From a virus: 64,000 bases of DNA. Of the stretch, positions 19,849 through 30,268 are shown piece by piece (position 1 is the first letter of the stretch; the number at the start of each line of letters is the position of its first letter). The DNA lies in IMG/VR virus record IMGVR_UViG_3300032053_000045, positions 1-64,000 of that record. One strand, given 5' to 3'. The notes beneath the pieces are model-generated. The model had not been told where the DNA came from. It did not search any database and saw nothing but the letters and a program-made list of their open reading frames with translations. The position numbers and the translations under genes are program-made.

Positions 19849-19889
19849 GGCTGGGTGCCTTGAACACCCGGCCTTAATACCTTTCAAGG
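19849..19889 (+). promoter_or_regulatory. RBS-sequestering hairpin/pseudoknot leader (simple form)
   Basis: Stem GGCTGGGTG/CACCCGGCC; loop CCTTGAA is complementary to TTCAAGG, which overlaps the SD. Confidence 0.6.
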
Positions 19890-19901
19890 AGGTAAATAAA
19901 A

Positions 19902-21278
19902 ATGAAAGAAAAGTTAGAATCATTACCTTGTGAATGCGGATGCGGTAGTTTGGCTAAACCTGGAAATAGATTCATTTTGGGACATAGTGGAGGAAGAATA
20001 AAAGTAAAGAAAGAATTGGAAATAAGAATTTGTATTTGTGGATGTAATCAGGCTTTTGAATGTAAAATAGATAGTGAACAAGAATATATTACAGGACATA
20101 ATCGTAAAGGAGAAAAGTTATCAGAAGAACAGAAAGAAAAACGTAAAGAGAAAATGAAAGAAAAGAGAGAGAAATATCCTAATGGTATTCCTATTATAAC
20201 TCGAATTTGTGAGTGTGGATGTGCCGGAACTTTTCAATGTGAAGAAACAAGTGATCAAAGATTTATCGGTAAACATGCACAGAAAAAAGCTAACACCGGA
20301 AGAAAACATATAAAAGAAATTAGAAAGAAAACAAATAAATGTAAATTTTGCGGAGAAGATTGTAAAAATATTTATTGTAGTAAAAGTTGTTATTTTAGTT
20401 TCGTAAGACAGAATGGGAGTTTTAACAAATTACCAAGAAAAATAATTCATTGTCTAAATTGTGGTAAAGAAAAAGAAGTTAGTATAAATGATAAAATAAA
20501 ATTTTGTAGTACAAAATGTATGCATGCCGGAAGGATAATTCCAGTTGAAACCAGAATCTGTGCTTGTGGATGTGGAGAAACTTTTGTTTGTAAAGTAATA
20601 AGTGATCAAAGATATATTAATCATCACGCAAGTAGAGCGAAAGAAATCAAAGAAAAAATAGGTTCAAAAATTAAAGGAAGACCTTCCCCGCTTAAAGGAA
20701 GAAAACAAACTTTAGAACACAGAATAAACAGCGGTCTACCGAAAAGAGGCAGAAAGTATAGTTTGGAACATTGTGAAAATATTGGTAAAGCTCTTACAGG
20801 ACTTAAACGAACAAAAGAACAATGTGAAAACATTAGTTTGAGTAAAATGGGGAAGAGCCAAACGGAAGAGTCTAATAGAAAAAGAAGATTAGCAATACTC
20901 AAAAGAATTAAAGAAAATCATGGCAAAGTTTTTCCTGCTTATAACAAACAAGCTTGTGATATTTTGAAACTTTTCGATGAAAAAAATCACACCCACGGTC
21001 AATATGCAGTTTACGGTGGGGGAGAATATGAAGTTCCGGAACTTGGTTATTTTCTTGATTATATAGAACATGAATATAAAATTATTATGGAAATTTATGA
21101 AAAACACCATTTCAATAAAGATGGATCGTTAAGACAAAAAGATGTGATCCGAGAAAGAGAAATTAAAACATTATATCCAGATCATAAATTCCATACTTTC
21201 AAAGAAGAAGAAATGAATAAGATATTAGAAATCAGTTTAAGAAAATTAAATTATGTAAAGCGTAAAGCTTTGCAGTAA
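19902..21278 (+). CDS. free-standing homing endonuclease-like protein (CxCGC repeats, NUMOD3-like repeats, C-terminal PD-(D/E)xK-like nuclease)
   Basis: Four CxCGC modules; C-terminus GQYAVYGGGEY..LDY..EIYEKHH..KD..RE shared with ORF 28148. Confidence 0.7.
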   Translation: MKEKLESLPCECGCGSLAKPGNRFILGHSGGRIKVKKELEIRICICGCNQAFECKIDSEQEYITGHNRKGEKLSEEQKEKRKEKMKEKREKYPNGIPIITRICECGCAGTFQCEETSDQRFIGKHAQKKANTGRKHIKEIRKKTNKCKFCGEDCKNIYCSKSCYFSFVRQNGSFNKLPRKIIHCLNCGKEKEVSINDKIKFCSTKCMHAGRIIPVETRICACGCGETFVCKVISDQRYINHHASRAKEIKEKIGSKIKGRPSPLKGRKQTLEHRINSGLPKRGRKYSLEHCENIGKALTGLKRTKEQCENISLSKMGKSQTEESNRKRRLAILKRIKENHGKVFPAYNKQACDILKLFDEKNHTHGQYAVYGGGEYEVPELGYFLDYIEHEYKIIMEIYEKHHFNKDGSLRQKDVIREREIKTLYPDHKFHTFKEEEMNKILEISLRKLNYVKRKALQ

Positions 21279-21301
21279 AAATAAGAAAAGGAGCAAGTAA
21301 A

Positions 21302-21562
21302 ATGGAAGAAGAAGTTAGAAAGGCAAAAATCGGATATGTTGCCCCTCAAAATAGTGAAGAGGCAATTCAGTCTTTGAAATCTATTTCGGCGAGAGTGTTT
21401 TCTGCTTTGAAAGGGAAAGGCCTCACTCTTGTGGAATCTGTTTTTGAAAAAAGTGATAGTAGACTTTCTCCAACAAAAAGTCTATATTCAGGAATGATTG
21501 CGGACGTAATAAACAAAATGTCAAGAGAGATTGACGACGCAATAATTGCGTTGGAAAAATAA
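21302..21562 (+). CDS. hypothetical protein
   Basis: RBS, gene run. Confidence 0.55.
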   Translation: MEEEVRKAKIGYVAPQNSEEAIQSLKSISARVFSALKGKGLTLVESVFEKSDSRLSPTKSLYSGMIADVINKMSREIDDAIIALEK

Positions 21563-21624
21563 ATCAGATTATTTAATCTGTTGCGAGAGCAACGTTAGTT
21601 TCATTTAAAATAGGAGAAATTAAA

Positions 21625-21849
21625 ATGAGTTTAAACGAATACGTCAATAAAAACAATAAAATATACAAGGTAGAACTTCCTGATAATAAAATCCTAAAAA
21701 GTGAAGATGATTTTATTGAGCTCGATGATGAATATCAAGTGATTGAAAAATCATTTAGAGTAAGTAAATTTCCCAGGAGTTTTAATAAAGCCCGAGACAA
21801 AAAATTTCCTATCGAGAAAATTGTCAGAGAAGAAGAAAAAAGGAAGTAA
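21625..21849 (+). CDS. hypothetical protein
   Basis: RBS, gene run. Confidence 0.55.
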   Translation: MSLNEYVNKNNKIYKVELPDNKILKSEDDFIELDDEYQVIEKSFRVSKFPRSFNKARDKKFPIEKIVREEEKRK

Positions 21850-21851
21850 TT

Positions 21852-23288
21852 ATGACGTCAAAATACTTTATAACTGATGGCGATCAGGTTTATAAACTTG
21901 AGAAGTCAAAAAAAGAAGATGTCAAAAAATTACCCAAACTACAAAAGGCTGAACATAAAAAACCAGTTCGTCATCAAAGACATTTGGCATCAGGAAAAAT
22001 AGTTACGGCTGGTCATGGAATAACTAAGCCAATTGTTAATCTTAATAAACCTGATAAAATAGTTTCAATCAGAGAATACGAAACAGATAAGCCAAAAGAA
22101 AATATTAAAGAAAATGAAGAATTTAAATTAGGTGATAAGGTCGAGAACCAATATGGAGAAGAAGGGGTTATTGTAAATGGAGAAACTGGTGTTTTTTCTG
22201 TTAAATATAAAGACGGAAGAGTTGAAGATGTTGACGAAGATGAGGTAGGAGATTTTAAGAAAGTGACACCAAAAAAGGAAGTTTTTGAAGAAAAGCATTC
22301 TGATACTTCTGAAGAAGCAAAAAAAGAGGGAGTATCTTTTGAAGTTGGAGGTTATTTAGAATCACGGAGATATAATAAAAATGCTTTGAAACTATTACAA
22401 AAAGAAATTAAGAAAAATTTAGGAAACGAAACGGGTAATATTGAATTTAGTATGAGTGCTAAATATCAAACTCCTACGATAATTTTTGATAAAAAAGAAT
22501 TAGAAATACCAATTCAAAACGCTTTAGATGCCTTAGATATTTCTTATGATGAAACTGAAGAACATTCATATGGATTCAGAATTCCTATGTCAGAGCAAGC
22601 ATATGATGAAGAAATGGAAAAATCAAAAGGAACTCACAAAGAATATCGTCCGTATAAAAGAGACGGAAATGTATTTCAACGACTTACCGGTGTAGGAAAA
22701 AAATTAAAAGAGTCATATGAAGAAAGAAAGTTATCTCATCCTGAAATAAAAGAGAAAATTAAAGATGCTATAGAAGATAAGGTAAACGATATTTATGATA
22801 ATTTACAACCTGAACTAAATATTGACAAGATCCTTGAATATGTGGATATAGACCCGGAACAGGCATTTACAGATTATGTTGATAGACCCGACTATAGTTT
22901 AGAAAGCATTAAAGAAGCTTATGATGTTGACATGAACAGTTGGGCAAATGATAAAATATCGGAAGACAGATCCGGTACTGATGAAGAAGATAAAGAGATA
23001 AGCGAAGAAGATATCCAAAATGCTATTGAACAAGCAGATGAAGATGATGTAGTTTTTGCGATTTATGAAGGTAATTATAGAAATGCTTTAGATGATCAAC
23101 CGTATATTATGAGTGCATTATTAGAAGATAAAGAAGATGAGATAAAAAATAATATTAAAGAGCAAGATATTGATGAGGACGAAATAACAGATGAAGTTCT
23201 AACTAAATGGAAAGAAGAAAATCCTAATATAATAAAAAGAGTAGTTAGAGAACTTTTGCATAAATCATTAGAAGAAAGTCGAGAATAA
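21852..23288 (+). CDS. acidic putative head-packaged protein
   Basis: N-terminus MTSKYFITDGDQVYKLEKS is shared with ORF 23753; HQRHLASGKIVTAG motif. Confidence 0.6.
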   Translation: MTSKYFITDGDQVYKLEKSKKEDVKKLPKLQKAEHKKPVRHQRHLASGKIVTAGHGITKPIVNLNKPDKIVSIREYETDKPKENIKENEEFKLGDKVENQYGEEGVIVNGETGVFSVKYKDGRVEDVDEDEVGDFKKVTPKKEVFEEKHSDTSEEAKKEGVSFEVGGYLESRRYNKNALKLLQKEIKKNLGNETGNIEFSMSAKYQTPTIIFDKKELEIPIQNALDALDISYDETEEHSYGFRIPMSEQAYDEEMEKSKGTHKEYRPYKRDGNVFQRLTGVGKKLKESYEERKLSHPEIKEKIKDAIEDKVNDIYDNLQPELNIDKILEYVDIDPEQAFTDYVDRPDYSLESIKEAYDVDMNSWANDKISEDRSGTDEEDKEISEEDIQNAIEQADEDDVVFAIYEGNYRNALDDQPYIMSALLEDKEDEIKNNIKEQDIDEDEITDEVLTKWKEENPNIIKRVVRELLHKSLEESRE

Positions 23289-23743
23289 TGATATTTAATC
23301 CAAATTTATTCAATCAAGCGACGAGAGAAGATCGGGTAAGTCGGATAGCTCAGGATTTAGGATATGATATTGACGATCTAATGGCAGAAACGGCTGCCGA
23401 CATGACCCAAAAAATAATCAGCACTAAGGAGTATTTTAGAATGAGCCAGCAAGTCGCGAGCGAAGAAAAAACAAAAGAGAAAATAAATAATAATTTTGCT
23501 ACTGAGAATAATATAGCGTCTAACAGCGGAGAGGTTCAATATAGATTGGTTGGTCGTGATGAGTACCGACTTGAATTTAGAGATAGAAAAGGAATAAATA
23601 TAAAGCCAGAAATTGAGTACGAATTAAATTCGGTTATCTCACCTGAGCAACTTTTCAAAGGTAATGATTTTGCCCTAAAACAAATGCCAAAAATTTATGA
23701 ATCCGAAACTGGCGATATTTGGTGCTTAGATATTAAACAATAG
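23288..23743 (+). CDS. hypothetical protein
   Basis: Translationally coupled ORF. Confidence 0.55.
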   Translation: MIFNPNLFNQATREDRVSRIAQDLGYDIDDLMAETAADMTQKIISTKEYFRMSQQVASEEKTKEKINNNFATENNIASNSGEVQYRLVGRDEYRLEFRDRKGINIKPEIEYELNSVISPEQLFKGNDFALKQMPKIYESETGDIWCLDIKQ

Positions 23744-23752
23744 GAGCCTATA

Positions 23753-25111
23753 ATGACATCTAAATTTTTCATTACCGATGGAAATCAAGTTCTCAAATTA
23801 GAAAAATCTTTCTTCACTAAGGAAGAGCTTAGAGATGAAGATTTTGCTGCAAGAAAAAAACCAGTTCGTCACGAGAGACATCTTAAAACTGGTAAAATCG
23901 TTGAAGCAGGACATGGAGAAAAAGTTTTTAAAGAATTAACTCCTGAAGTTAAAAAAGTAATACATAAACTTCGTTTAGCACAGAATGTAGATAAAAGAAT
24001 GTCCAAATTACAAAAAGAAATTGAAAGACTTGACGAAACGAAGAAATCACATTTTAGAAGCGTTCTCCCTATTTTTAACAAATATAAAACTGAGAAGATC
24101 AAGTTTAAAAAGTTTCTAATGTCAGTTCAGGAAAAAGAATATAAACTACCTCAGTATAAACCTCTTTTTACAGAATCTTATAAGCGTTTAACAAAAGACA
24201 TGAAAAAAGAAGTTGATAAACTTTGTAATAAATATCAAACTGACGTTAAGAAACTACTTGGTTATATTAAGATCCAAAAATCTATAGACAGTGATCTTGA
24301 CTACGAAATTAATCAAATGCAAATTATCTTGGAAAATATCGTCGATCTTAGAAGACAAATCAATGACGTGATTATTCCAAATGAAATGAATAAGACGTAT
24401 GCTCAAATAAAAAAATGGAATCAGTCCCGTCAAACATACCCCTATATAGATGAGAATGTTACTTCATATCCTGACATGGAAAAAGCTCGTAAGAAACCTG
24501 TCCACCACGTCCGTCATCTTCCGTCTGGTAAAATCGTCGAAGCTGGTCATGGAGCGCCCAAAGAATATTATCATATTCCTTCTTTCGATGAATTGAAAAT
24601 CGGGGATACATTTCCAAATGCTGTTAATCAAAAGGTTAAAGTAACCCAAAAGAATGACAAATTTGTTAAATTGAATTATTTTGATCAATATGGTGATCTT
24701 ACTCCAGAATATGAATTTGTTTATCGTTCTGAATTTAATCCAATAAAGCTTCCTAAGAAAATAATGGAACCTATTAGAGCTCACGGACCAGAAGATGCAA
24801 GAAAACAAATGAAAGAGAAATTAAATGATGAAATAATAGAAAAATTTGGAAGTTATGTAAAACAAGGAATGAGCTCAAGTGATGCTTTAGCCCAAACATC
24901 AAAAGATTTAAAAATTAGTTGGGATGTGATCAGCGGAGTAATTGGTCTCTCGGAAAATAAAAATGAAATTGGTTTAGGCAATACTATTAAAAGTAAAAAA
25001 ACTGGAAAAGAATATAGAGTCATAGAAAAAGTAGGAGAGGATATATTGGCTAAAGAAGGTCACACAGGAAAAACATTTAAATTCAAAGAATCCGACGTAG
25101 AAAAGATATAA
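23753..25111 (+). CDS. putative head-packaged protein with two HxRHLxxGKIVEAG motifs
   Basis: Shared N-terminal leader and repeat motif. Confidence 0.6.
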   Translation: MTSKFFITDGNQVLKLEKSFFTKEELRDEDFAARKKPVRHERHLKTGKIVEAGHGEKVFKELTPEVKKVIHKLRLAQNVDKRMSKLQKEIERLDETKKSHFRSVLPIFNKYKTEKIKFKKFLMSVQEKEYKLPQYKPLFTESYKRLTKDMKKEVDKLCNKYQTDVKKLLGYIKIQKSIDSDLDYEINQMQIILENIVDLRRQINDVIIPNEMNKTYAQIKKWNQSRQTYPYIDENVTSYPDMEKARKKPVHHVRHLPSGKIVEAGHGAPKEYYHIPSFDELKIGDTFPNAVNQKVKVTQKNDKFVKLNYFDQYGDLTPEYEFVYRSEFNPIKLPKKIMEPIRAHGPEDARKQMKEKLNDEIIEKFGSYVKQGMSSSDALAQTSKDLKISWDVISGVIGLSENKNEIGLGNTIKSKKTGKEYRVIEKVGEDILAKEGHTGKTFKFKESDVEKI

Positions 25112-25120
25112 GGATATATC

Positions 25121-25528
25121 ATGTGGATTTTCGAATGCATGGGGATTGACGAATATAAAATGAATCCTATTCCTGGGGATATATATAAGCGTGGAGATTA
25201 CTACAACAAAGGAAAAGTGTTCAGAGATATCTGGACATGGAATCATGGTTATCAATATACTCCAGAACAACTTGGGATTACAGGGATATTGCCAGACACA
25301 TTTGTAGACACAAATGGAATAACATATCGAAAGAAAGAAGTAAAGGAAATAAATAATTTCGCATTTTCACAGCAGGGCCGGCAGGGCGTTCGCTTGCATA
25401 CTCCAAATGAAACAGGAGAAACATTCATTCCATTTGTAACAGAAAAATCTCATGTACCTGATTCTGGCGGTTGGGAAATGTCCTCCACCTGGTATTCATT
25501 AAAACAAAGAGGTCTATTAAAATCATGA
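25121..25528 (+). CDS. hypothetical protein
   Basis: ORF in the gene run. Confidence 0.55.
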   Translation: MWIFECMGIDEYKMNPIPGDIYKRGDYYNKGKVFRDIWTWNHGYQYTPEQLGITGILPDTFVDTNGITYRKKEVKEINNFAFSQQGRQGVRLHTPNETGETFIPFVTEKSHVPDSGGWEMSSTWYSLKQRGLLKS

Positions 25529-26031
25529 CAATTAAAATATTAGAGAAATCAATTTTTAGTTTTGAAAAACGTCAAAAACCAAGAGGTCACAAGGCTTATT
25601 CACGGATGACCAGAGCTGGCAAAGTAGCCCAAGTCAAAGAAAAACCGTATGCCAAAAAACAGAAAATAAACATATCAAAGAGTCATTATAATAAAATCAT
25701 AAAAGCTGCAGAAGATTTATTCGAAAAAGCTACAGGTAGAGAGCCAAAATCTTCAGAATTAGAACAGTTTTTTATAAGCTATGAAAAAGCTATTAAAGAT
25801 CTTGGAGATTTTTATGAGAAAAAACCTTCAGATAATGATTTAAACTATCCTATAATTTTTGCGTCAAATAAAAAAGATTGGGAAGGATTAAGAAATGCAG
25901 GAATGATGAACAAGTTTGAAAGAACTCACATCCATAAAAATGTTAATGGGATTAGACTTTCTGCAGGTTATATGGGATGGGGTGGAACCGGGGTTAGTTT
26001 TAGACTACCTCCTAAATTTTGGAGAGGATAG
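25525..26031 (+). CDS. hypothetical protein with GHKAYxRMTxxGK motif
   Basis: ATGA-coupled start MTIKILEKS, paralogous N-terminus to ORF 6758. Confidence 0.6.
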   Translation: MTIKILEKSIFSFEKRQKPRGHKAYSRMTRAGKVAQVKEKPYAKKQKINISKSHYNKIIKAAEDLFEKATGREPKSSELEQFFISYEKAIKDLGDFYEKKPSDNDLNYPIIFASNKKDWEGLRNAGMMNKFERTHIHKNVNGIRLSAGYMGWGGTGVSFRLPPKFWRG

Positions 26032-26034
26032 AAT

Positions 26035-26328
26035 ATGCTTAATCATTATGTTATTTCTGGGGAAAATAAAATTGTAAAAGTTTTGAAGGATAAAGAAGGT
26101 AAAAATAAAAAAGGAAACCCTTATAGAATGGATAACGGAAAATTCGCCAGAAATAAAAAAATAGATGGGGCAATAGATAAATCAATTAATATATATCTAT
26201 GTAACGGCGAGACCGGGGAGTCAATATCAAAAGAAGCATACGATGAGAGACTTGGCTGGCTACTATTATGTGGCGATAAAAACAAAGAAAACGAGGAGGA
26301 TAATAAATGGTCACCTTCAGATTTGTGA
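26035..26328 (+). CDS. hypothetical protein
   Basis: NPYR..NGKFA motif. Confidence 0.5.
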   Translation: MLNHYVISGENKIVKVLKDKEGKNKKGNPYRMDNGKFARNKKIDGAIDKSINIYLCNGETGESISKEAYDERLGWLLLCGDKNKENEEDNKWSPSDL

Positions 26329-27446
26329 AAAAAGAAAATGAAATTCCTGTAAAAGGAACTTGGAATGATGTTACTCCAAAAGGAGAAAAAATTCAAGACA
26401 TTGACAAAGAAAACTTTGAGAAATCATTTCAAGATATACAAACAATAGAAAAAAGTTCTAAAGATGAAGATTTCGAGAAATCAAGGACATTAGGTGCTAA
26501 AGATAAACAGAAAAGAAAGAAAAAAGAACTGGATGAACAATATAAAAAATATGATCAGGGAAAATTAACCGGAAAAGAATCTTACAATCTTGCTCAAAAA
26601 TTAATAAGACACGAGGACGACAGAGGTTATGATATTTTAGGGGATAAACAAAGAGGGGAATCATCGGGCCGGGGGATAAAGAAATCATCTGATGAAGATT
26701 TCGACGCAGTTAAAAATAACAAAGGTACAGGTATTGTTTATGATTCTGAAATGAACTCAAATGAGAGCGCTTATATTAAAGAAGAAGAAAATACAAATTT
26801 TCCTACGGGAAAAATCAGAAAAGAGAATAAAGTTTCAGTTGCCGATGATGATATGGAGAAATCAAGAATTTTAGGGGCTAAAGATAAGCAAAAAAGAAAA
26901 AGAAAAATTGGTGATATTCTTAATATATTAAAAAGAAAATTCGGAACAAAGGTTAGTAAAATGGATCCAGCTTCAATTGATGAGTATTTAGTTACGAGAG
27001 GTGTAAGTCGATCTATAGCAGAAAAAATTACTCATAAATTTATTGAAACAATGGAAGATATTTCTAGTTTAAAAGATGAAGATTTTGCTGTCCGCAGAAA
27101 ACATACTCCCATTGTTTCTGAAGCTCAAAGAAGATTATTTGGGGCTGTTGCAGGTGGAGCTAAAACTGCCGCAGAAGGTTTATCTCCGGTTGAAGCTAAA
27201 AAACATTTAAAAGAAGTAAAAGGAAAAAAACTTCCTGAAAAAGTTAAAAAATCAATAGGGGATGGTGACAAAAAGAAAGTGAAAACATATGGGATTGTTC
27301 TCAGATCCAAAGATAAAGATCTCATGAATAAAATTGTTAAAGCTGTAAAGAAAAATCTATTTAATAAAGAAGGAGACATTGAGAAGGCTAAGAGCAAGGG
27401 AAAAACTGGAATGTACCAAGGATTCAAAAAATTGGTTCAAGAGTAA
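26307..27446 (+). CDS. hypothetical protein with repeated EKSRxLGAKDKQKRK segments
   Basis: Two internal repeats; GAGGA RBS. Confidence 0.6.
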   Translation: MVTFRFVKKENEIPVKGTWNDVTPKGEKIQDIDKENFEKSFQDIQTIEKSSKDEDFEKSRTLGAKDKQKRKKKELDEQYKKYDQGKLTGKESYNLAQKLIRHEDDRGYDILGDKQRGESSGRGIKKSSDEDFDAVKNNKGTGIVYDSEMNSNESAYIKEEENTNFPTGKIRKENKVSVADDDMEKSRILGAKDKQKRKRKIGDILNILKRKFGTKVSKMDPASIDEYLVTRGVSRSIAEKITHKFIETMEDISSLKDEDFAVRRKHTPIVSEAQRRLFGAVAGGAKTAAEGLSPVEAKKHLKEVKGKKLPEKVKKSIGDGDKKKVKTYGIVLRSKDKDLMNKIVKAVKKNLFNKEGDIEKAKSKGKTGMYQGFKKLVQE

Positions 27447-27480
27447 ATAATTCTACAAAATTAATTATAAGGAGAGAAAA

Positions 27481-28053
27481 ATGAAAACATATGGTGTAAT
27501 TCTTAAGTCAACCAACAAAGCGACCATGAATCGTGTGGTAAAGATGGTAAAAAGTATTCTTAAAGCAAAAGAACCACAGAATGACAGCAAGGTTTTATCC
27601 ATGATCAAAGCCACACGAAATAAAGCTATGGGTACTGGCGGATCAGGGGCCGGAGTTGTAGGAGCAGGTATGGGGACAGCTAATCAGAGTTGGTCATACA
27701 AAAATCGCAACAAGAAAAAGAATATTAAAAAAGGTGTTAAGATAGAAACGGGGAAAGAGTACAACGAAAGACAAACTGCTCCAAGCGAAGCTACAGTTAC
27801 TGCCGGATATCCAAAGGGAACCGCAAAAATTCAAACAGTTGGCAAAAAGGGCTCTAATGCAGAACGGGGAAGTAATGCTACGACAAAACAAAAGGTTGAA
27901 GCCGGGTATCCTCAGGGAGTTGCCAAGATAAATAAGAATGTGAAAATTCTTGATGGGAAAGAATATATTTCTGGTCAGTCTGCTCCGTCGGAAGCAACTT
28001 TAACTGCCGGATATCCAAAGAATGCAACTAATGGAATTCCTGTAAAACGTTAA
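27481..28053 (+). CDS. basic hypothetical protein with three AGYP repeats
   Basis: APSEAT.TAGYPK twice and EAGYPQG once. Confidence 0.6.
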   Translation: MKTYGVILKSTNKATMNRVVKMVKSILKAKEPQNDSKVLSMIKATRNKAMGTGGSGAGVVGAGMGTANQSWSYKNRNKKKNIKKGVKIETGKEYNERQTAPSEATVTAGYPKGTAKIQTVGKKGSNAERGSNATTKQKVEAGYPQGVAKINKNVKILDGKEYISGQSAPSEATLTAGYPKNATNGIPVKR

Positions 28054-28068
28054 ATATTAAACAATCAA

Positions 28069-28137
28069 GGGGCTAAGTTTAATTTAGCTAATTAAACGAG
28101 GTAGCTTATTCCTACCAAGCCCTTAAACTCGAATAAG
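28069..28137 (+). promoter_or_regulatory. endonuclease-leader RNA motif (three-way junction plus RBS pseudoknot)
   Basis: GGGGCT-AA-hairpin-GA-GGTAG[CTTATTC]CTACC-AAGCCC; loop pairs with GAATAAG at the SD. Confidence 0.7.
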
Positions 28138-28147
28138 GAGATAAAAT

Positions 28148-29026
28148 ATGGAAGAAAAAATAGTAACTTGTCAATTGTGTGGTTTTCAAAGCACTCAGTT
28201 ACAATTTCATGTTAAAAAATATCATAATCTTACAGGAAAAGAATATAAAGAAAAATTTCCAAATAGTCAATTAGTTTGTAAAAAAGTTAGAATTTTGACG
28301 AGTGAATCAAAAAAAGGTGATAAAAATCCTCATTACGGTAAACATACTTGGAAATATGGTTTAACTAAAGAGACCGATGAGAGAATAAGAATTGCTGGAG
28401 AAAAAACCGGTAAAGCATTAAAAGGTAAACCTAATCTTGCTTGGAAAGACAAAAAATTAGAAGACATAGTTGGATCTTTTGAAAAAGCTCAAGAAATTAA
28501 AAAAGAACAAAGTAGATCAAGAAAAGGAAGATATGCCGGAGATAAAAATCCTGCAAAGAAACCTGGAGTTGGAGCAAAAATTAGTAAAGCGAAAATGGGA
28601 CATGAGGTTACAAAAGAAACGAGAATAAAATTAAGATTGAGAAGAATCGAACAGCTTACAGTTAACGGGAAAAAATGGGCTTCTTATAATATAAAAGGTT
28701 GTGAATATTTTAAATCCTGGGATGAACAAAATAATACCAAGGGTCAGTATGCAGTATATGGCGGGGGTGAATATTTGATTCCTGGATTATGGTTTTCTCC
28801 CGATTATACAAATCACGATATAAAAAAATTCAAAGAATGGGACGAACCTCGTCACTATGATAAATTTGGTAATCTTAAACCAAAAGATGTTCAAAGACAG
28901 AAAGAAATCCAAGAAGCCTATCCGGATCATGAATTTGAAAGAATTAAAGTAGATAGGAATGATAACATTCTTGAGATAAAACTATATCCTGCTTTAAATA
29001 CTTTATTAAAAGGAGACAAGGGATAA
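28148..29026 (+). CDS. free-standing homing endonuclease-like protein (C2H2-like finger plus PD-(D/E)xK-like nuclease)
   Basis: CQLCG..H..YH, WKYGLTKETDER; C-terminus paralogous to ORF 19902. Confidence 0.7.
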   Translation: MEEKIVTCQLCGFQSTQLQFHVKKYHNLTGKEYKEKFPNSQLVCKKVRILTSESKKGDKNPHYGKHTWKYGLTKETDERIRIAGEKTGKALKGKPNLAWKDKKLEDIVGSFEKAQEIKKEQSRSRKGRYAGDKNPAKKPGVGAKISKAKMGHEVTKETRIKLRLRRIEQLTVNGKKWASYNIKGCEYFKSWDEQNNTKGQYAVYGGGEYLIPGLWFSPDYTNHDIKKFKEWDEPRHYDKFGNLKPKDVQRQKEIQEAYPDHEFERIKVDRNDNILEIKLYPALNTLLKGDKG

Positions 29027-29029
29027 TTC

Positions 29030-29560
29030 ATGCCTCTTTTAGGGAAGGAACCAATCCCCCCCCAGGGAATTAACAATTCGCAGGTAGATACTATCGCCCC
29101 AAATAGTGATTATTTATTTAAGAACTATTGGGTTGGTAAAGAGTTTATAGCTCCTGGAAATGGACTGTCAAATGTCGGAGGATCCGGATGGGTTGGGGGT
29201 GTGTCACAGGTTTCTGAAGTCGGAAATTATCCACTTCCCCAACCATGGGAACAGACAAGTTTACTTGAGAGTTTGCTTAGGAATAAATTAATCAAAGAAA
29301 AAACTCCTCTCCCTCCTATTATATCAAGGTCAGGTAAAGTTCCTGGAACAGAAGCAATTTTCTATCCAAAAGAATTACCAGATGATTATGGAGCTTGGAT
29401 GACTCAGATATATGTAAAAGGAAAAGGAATTGCGGCTTTTACAGCATTGGGGAATTATAATTATGAGGCACAACATTCATACCCTCCCACAAATTTGTCG
29501 GATGAAAAGATGGGAAGCACTTTACAAGGACTCAAAGCTAGCAAATTAATCAGGAGTTAA
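29030..29560 (+). CDS. hypothetical protein
   Basis: ORF in the gene run. Confidence 0.55.
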   Translation: MPLLGKEPIPPQGINNSQVDTIAPNSDYLFKNYWVGKEFIAPGNGLSNVGGSGWVGGVSQVSEVGNYPLPQPWEQTSLLESLLRNKLIKEKTPLPPIISRSGKVPGTEAIFYPKELPDDYGAWMTQIYVKGKGIAAFTALGNYNYEAQHSYPPTNLSDEKMGSTLQGLKASKLIRS

Positions 29561-29572
29561 AAAGGAAAAATT

Positions 29573-29857
29573 ATGGTAGACTTAGCCTACGAGGATTATC
29601 AATACCAATATTACATAAACCGGGCTATTGCTCCGGGTATAATTTCTGATATGGAAAGGAATTGGTACATTCAAGATTTAGGTGCCGGACCTTCGTTATA
29701 TTATTTAACAATAAATGACTTGGAATTATTGTGGTTGAAATCTAAAACGGCAGATCCTTCAAATGATATAGATGATCAATGGTATATTTATCTTTCACCT
29801 CTATACGGAAATCTTTCTGTAACAGATTTAAAATATGCTTTATATAAGGCTGGATAA
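29573..29857 (+). CDS. hypothetical protein
   Basis: ORF in the gene run. Confidence 0.55.
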   Translation: MVDLAYEDYQYQYYINRAIAPGIISDMERNWYIQDLGAGPSLYYLTINDLELLWLKSKTADPSNDIDDQWYIYLSPLYGNLSVTDLKYALYKAG

Positions 29858-30268
29858 ATGTTAAAAAATCTAGAAAAAACACTATTCAATAATTTAGCTG
29901 ATGACGCTTATTTATCTGCTGATTGGGAATCGCGTGAGAAAGTAATTAAAATTCTTCGTGAAACCTCCAAGCAGATAAAAAGATTGATCGAGCTCAGTGA
30001 TTTAGTGCAGAGAATTGGTCCTGATAACATGAAAAGTTTACAGGGAGCAAACGCTGCAGTTGAATTTTCATGTGAAACATTAGATAATCTCGATAAACCT
30101 ATTGAGGTTGTTAAGCAGATTCTCCAGGACAAAAGTGATGAGATTGAGAATATCATTCTTGATAATGATAAAGTCCCTAAAAGATTTAATCTCTATGTTT
30201 CTTATCTTAATTCTTTTCTGCGGACTTTGAAGAGAATCATAATAATCACTGAAGGACTGGGTGAATAA
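29858..30268 (+). CDS. hypothetical protein
   Basis: Coupled ORF. Confidence 0.55.
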   Translation: MLKNLEKTLFNNLADDAYLSADWESREKVIKILRETSKQIKRLIELSDLVQRIGPDNMKSLQGANAAVEFSCETLDNLDKPIEVVKQILQDKSDEIENIILDNDKVPKRFNLYVSYLNSFLRTLKRIIIITEGLGE

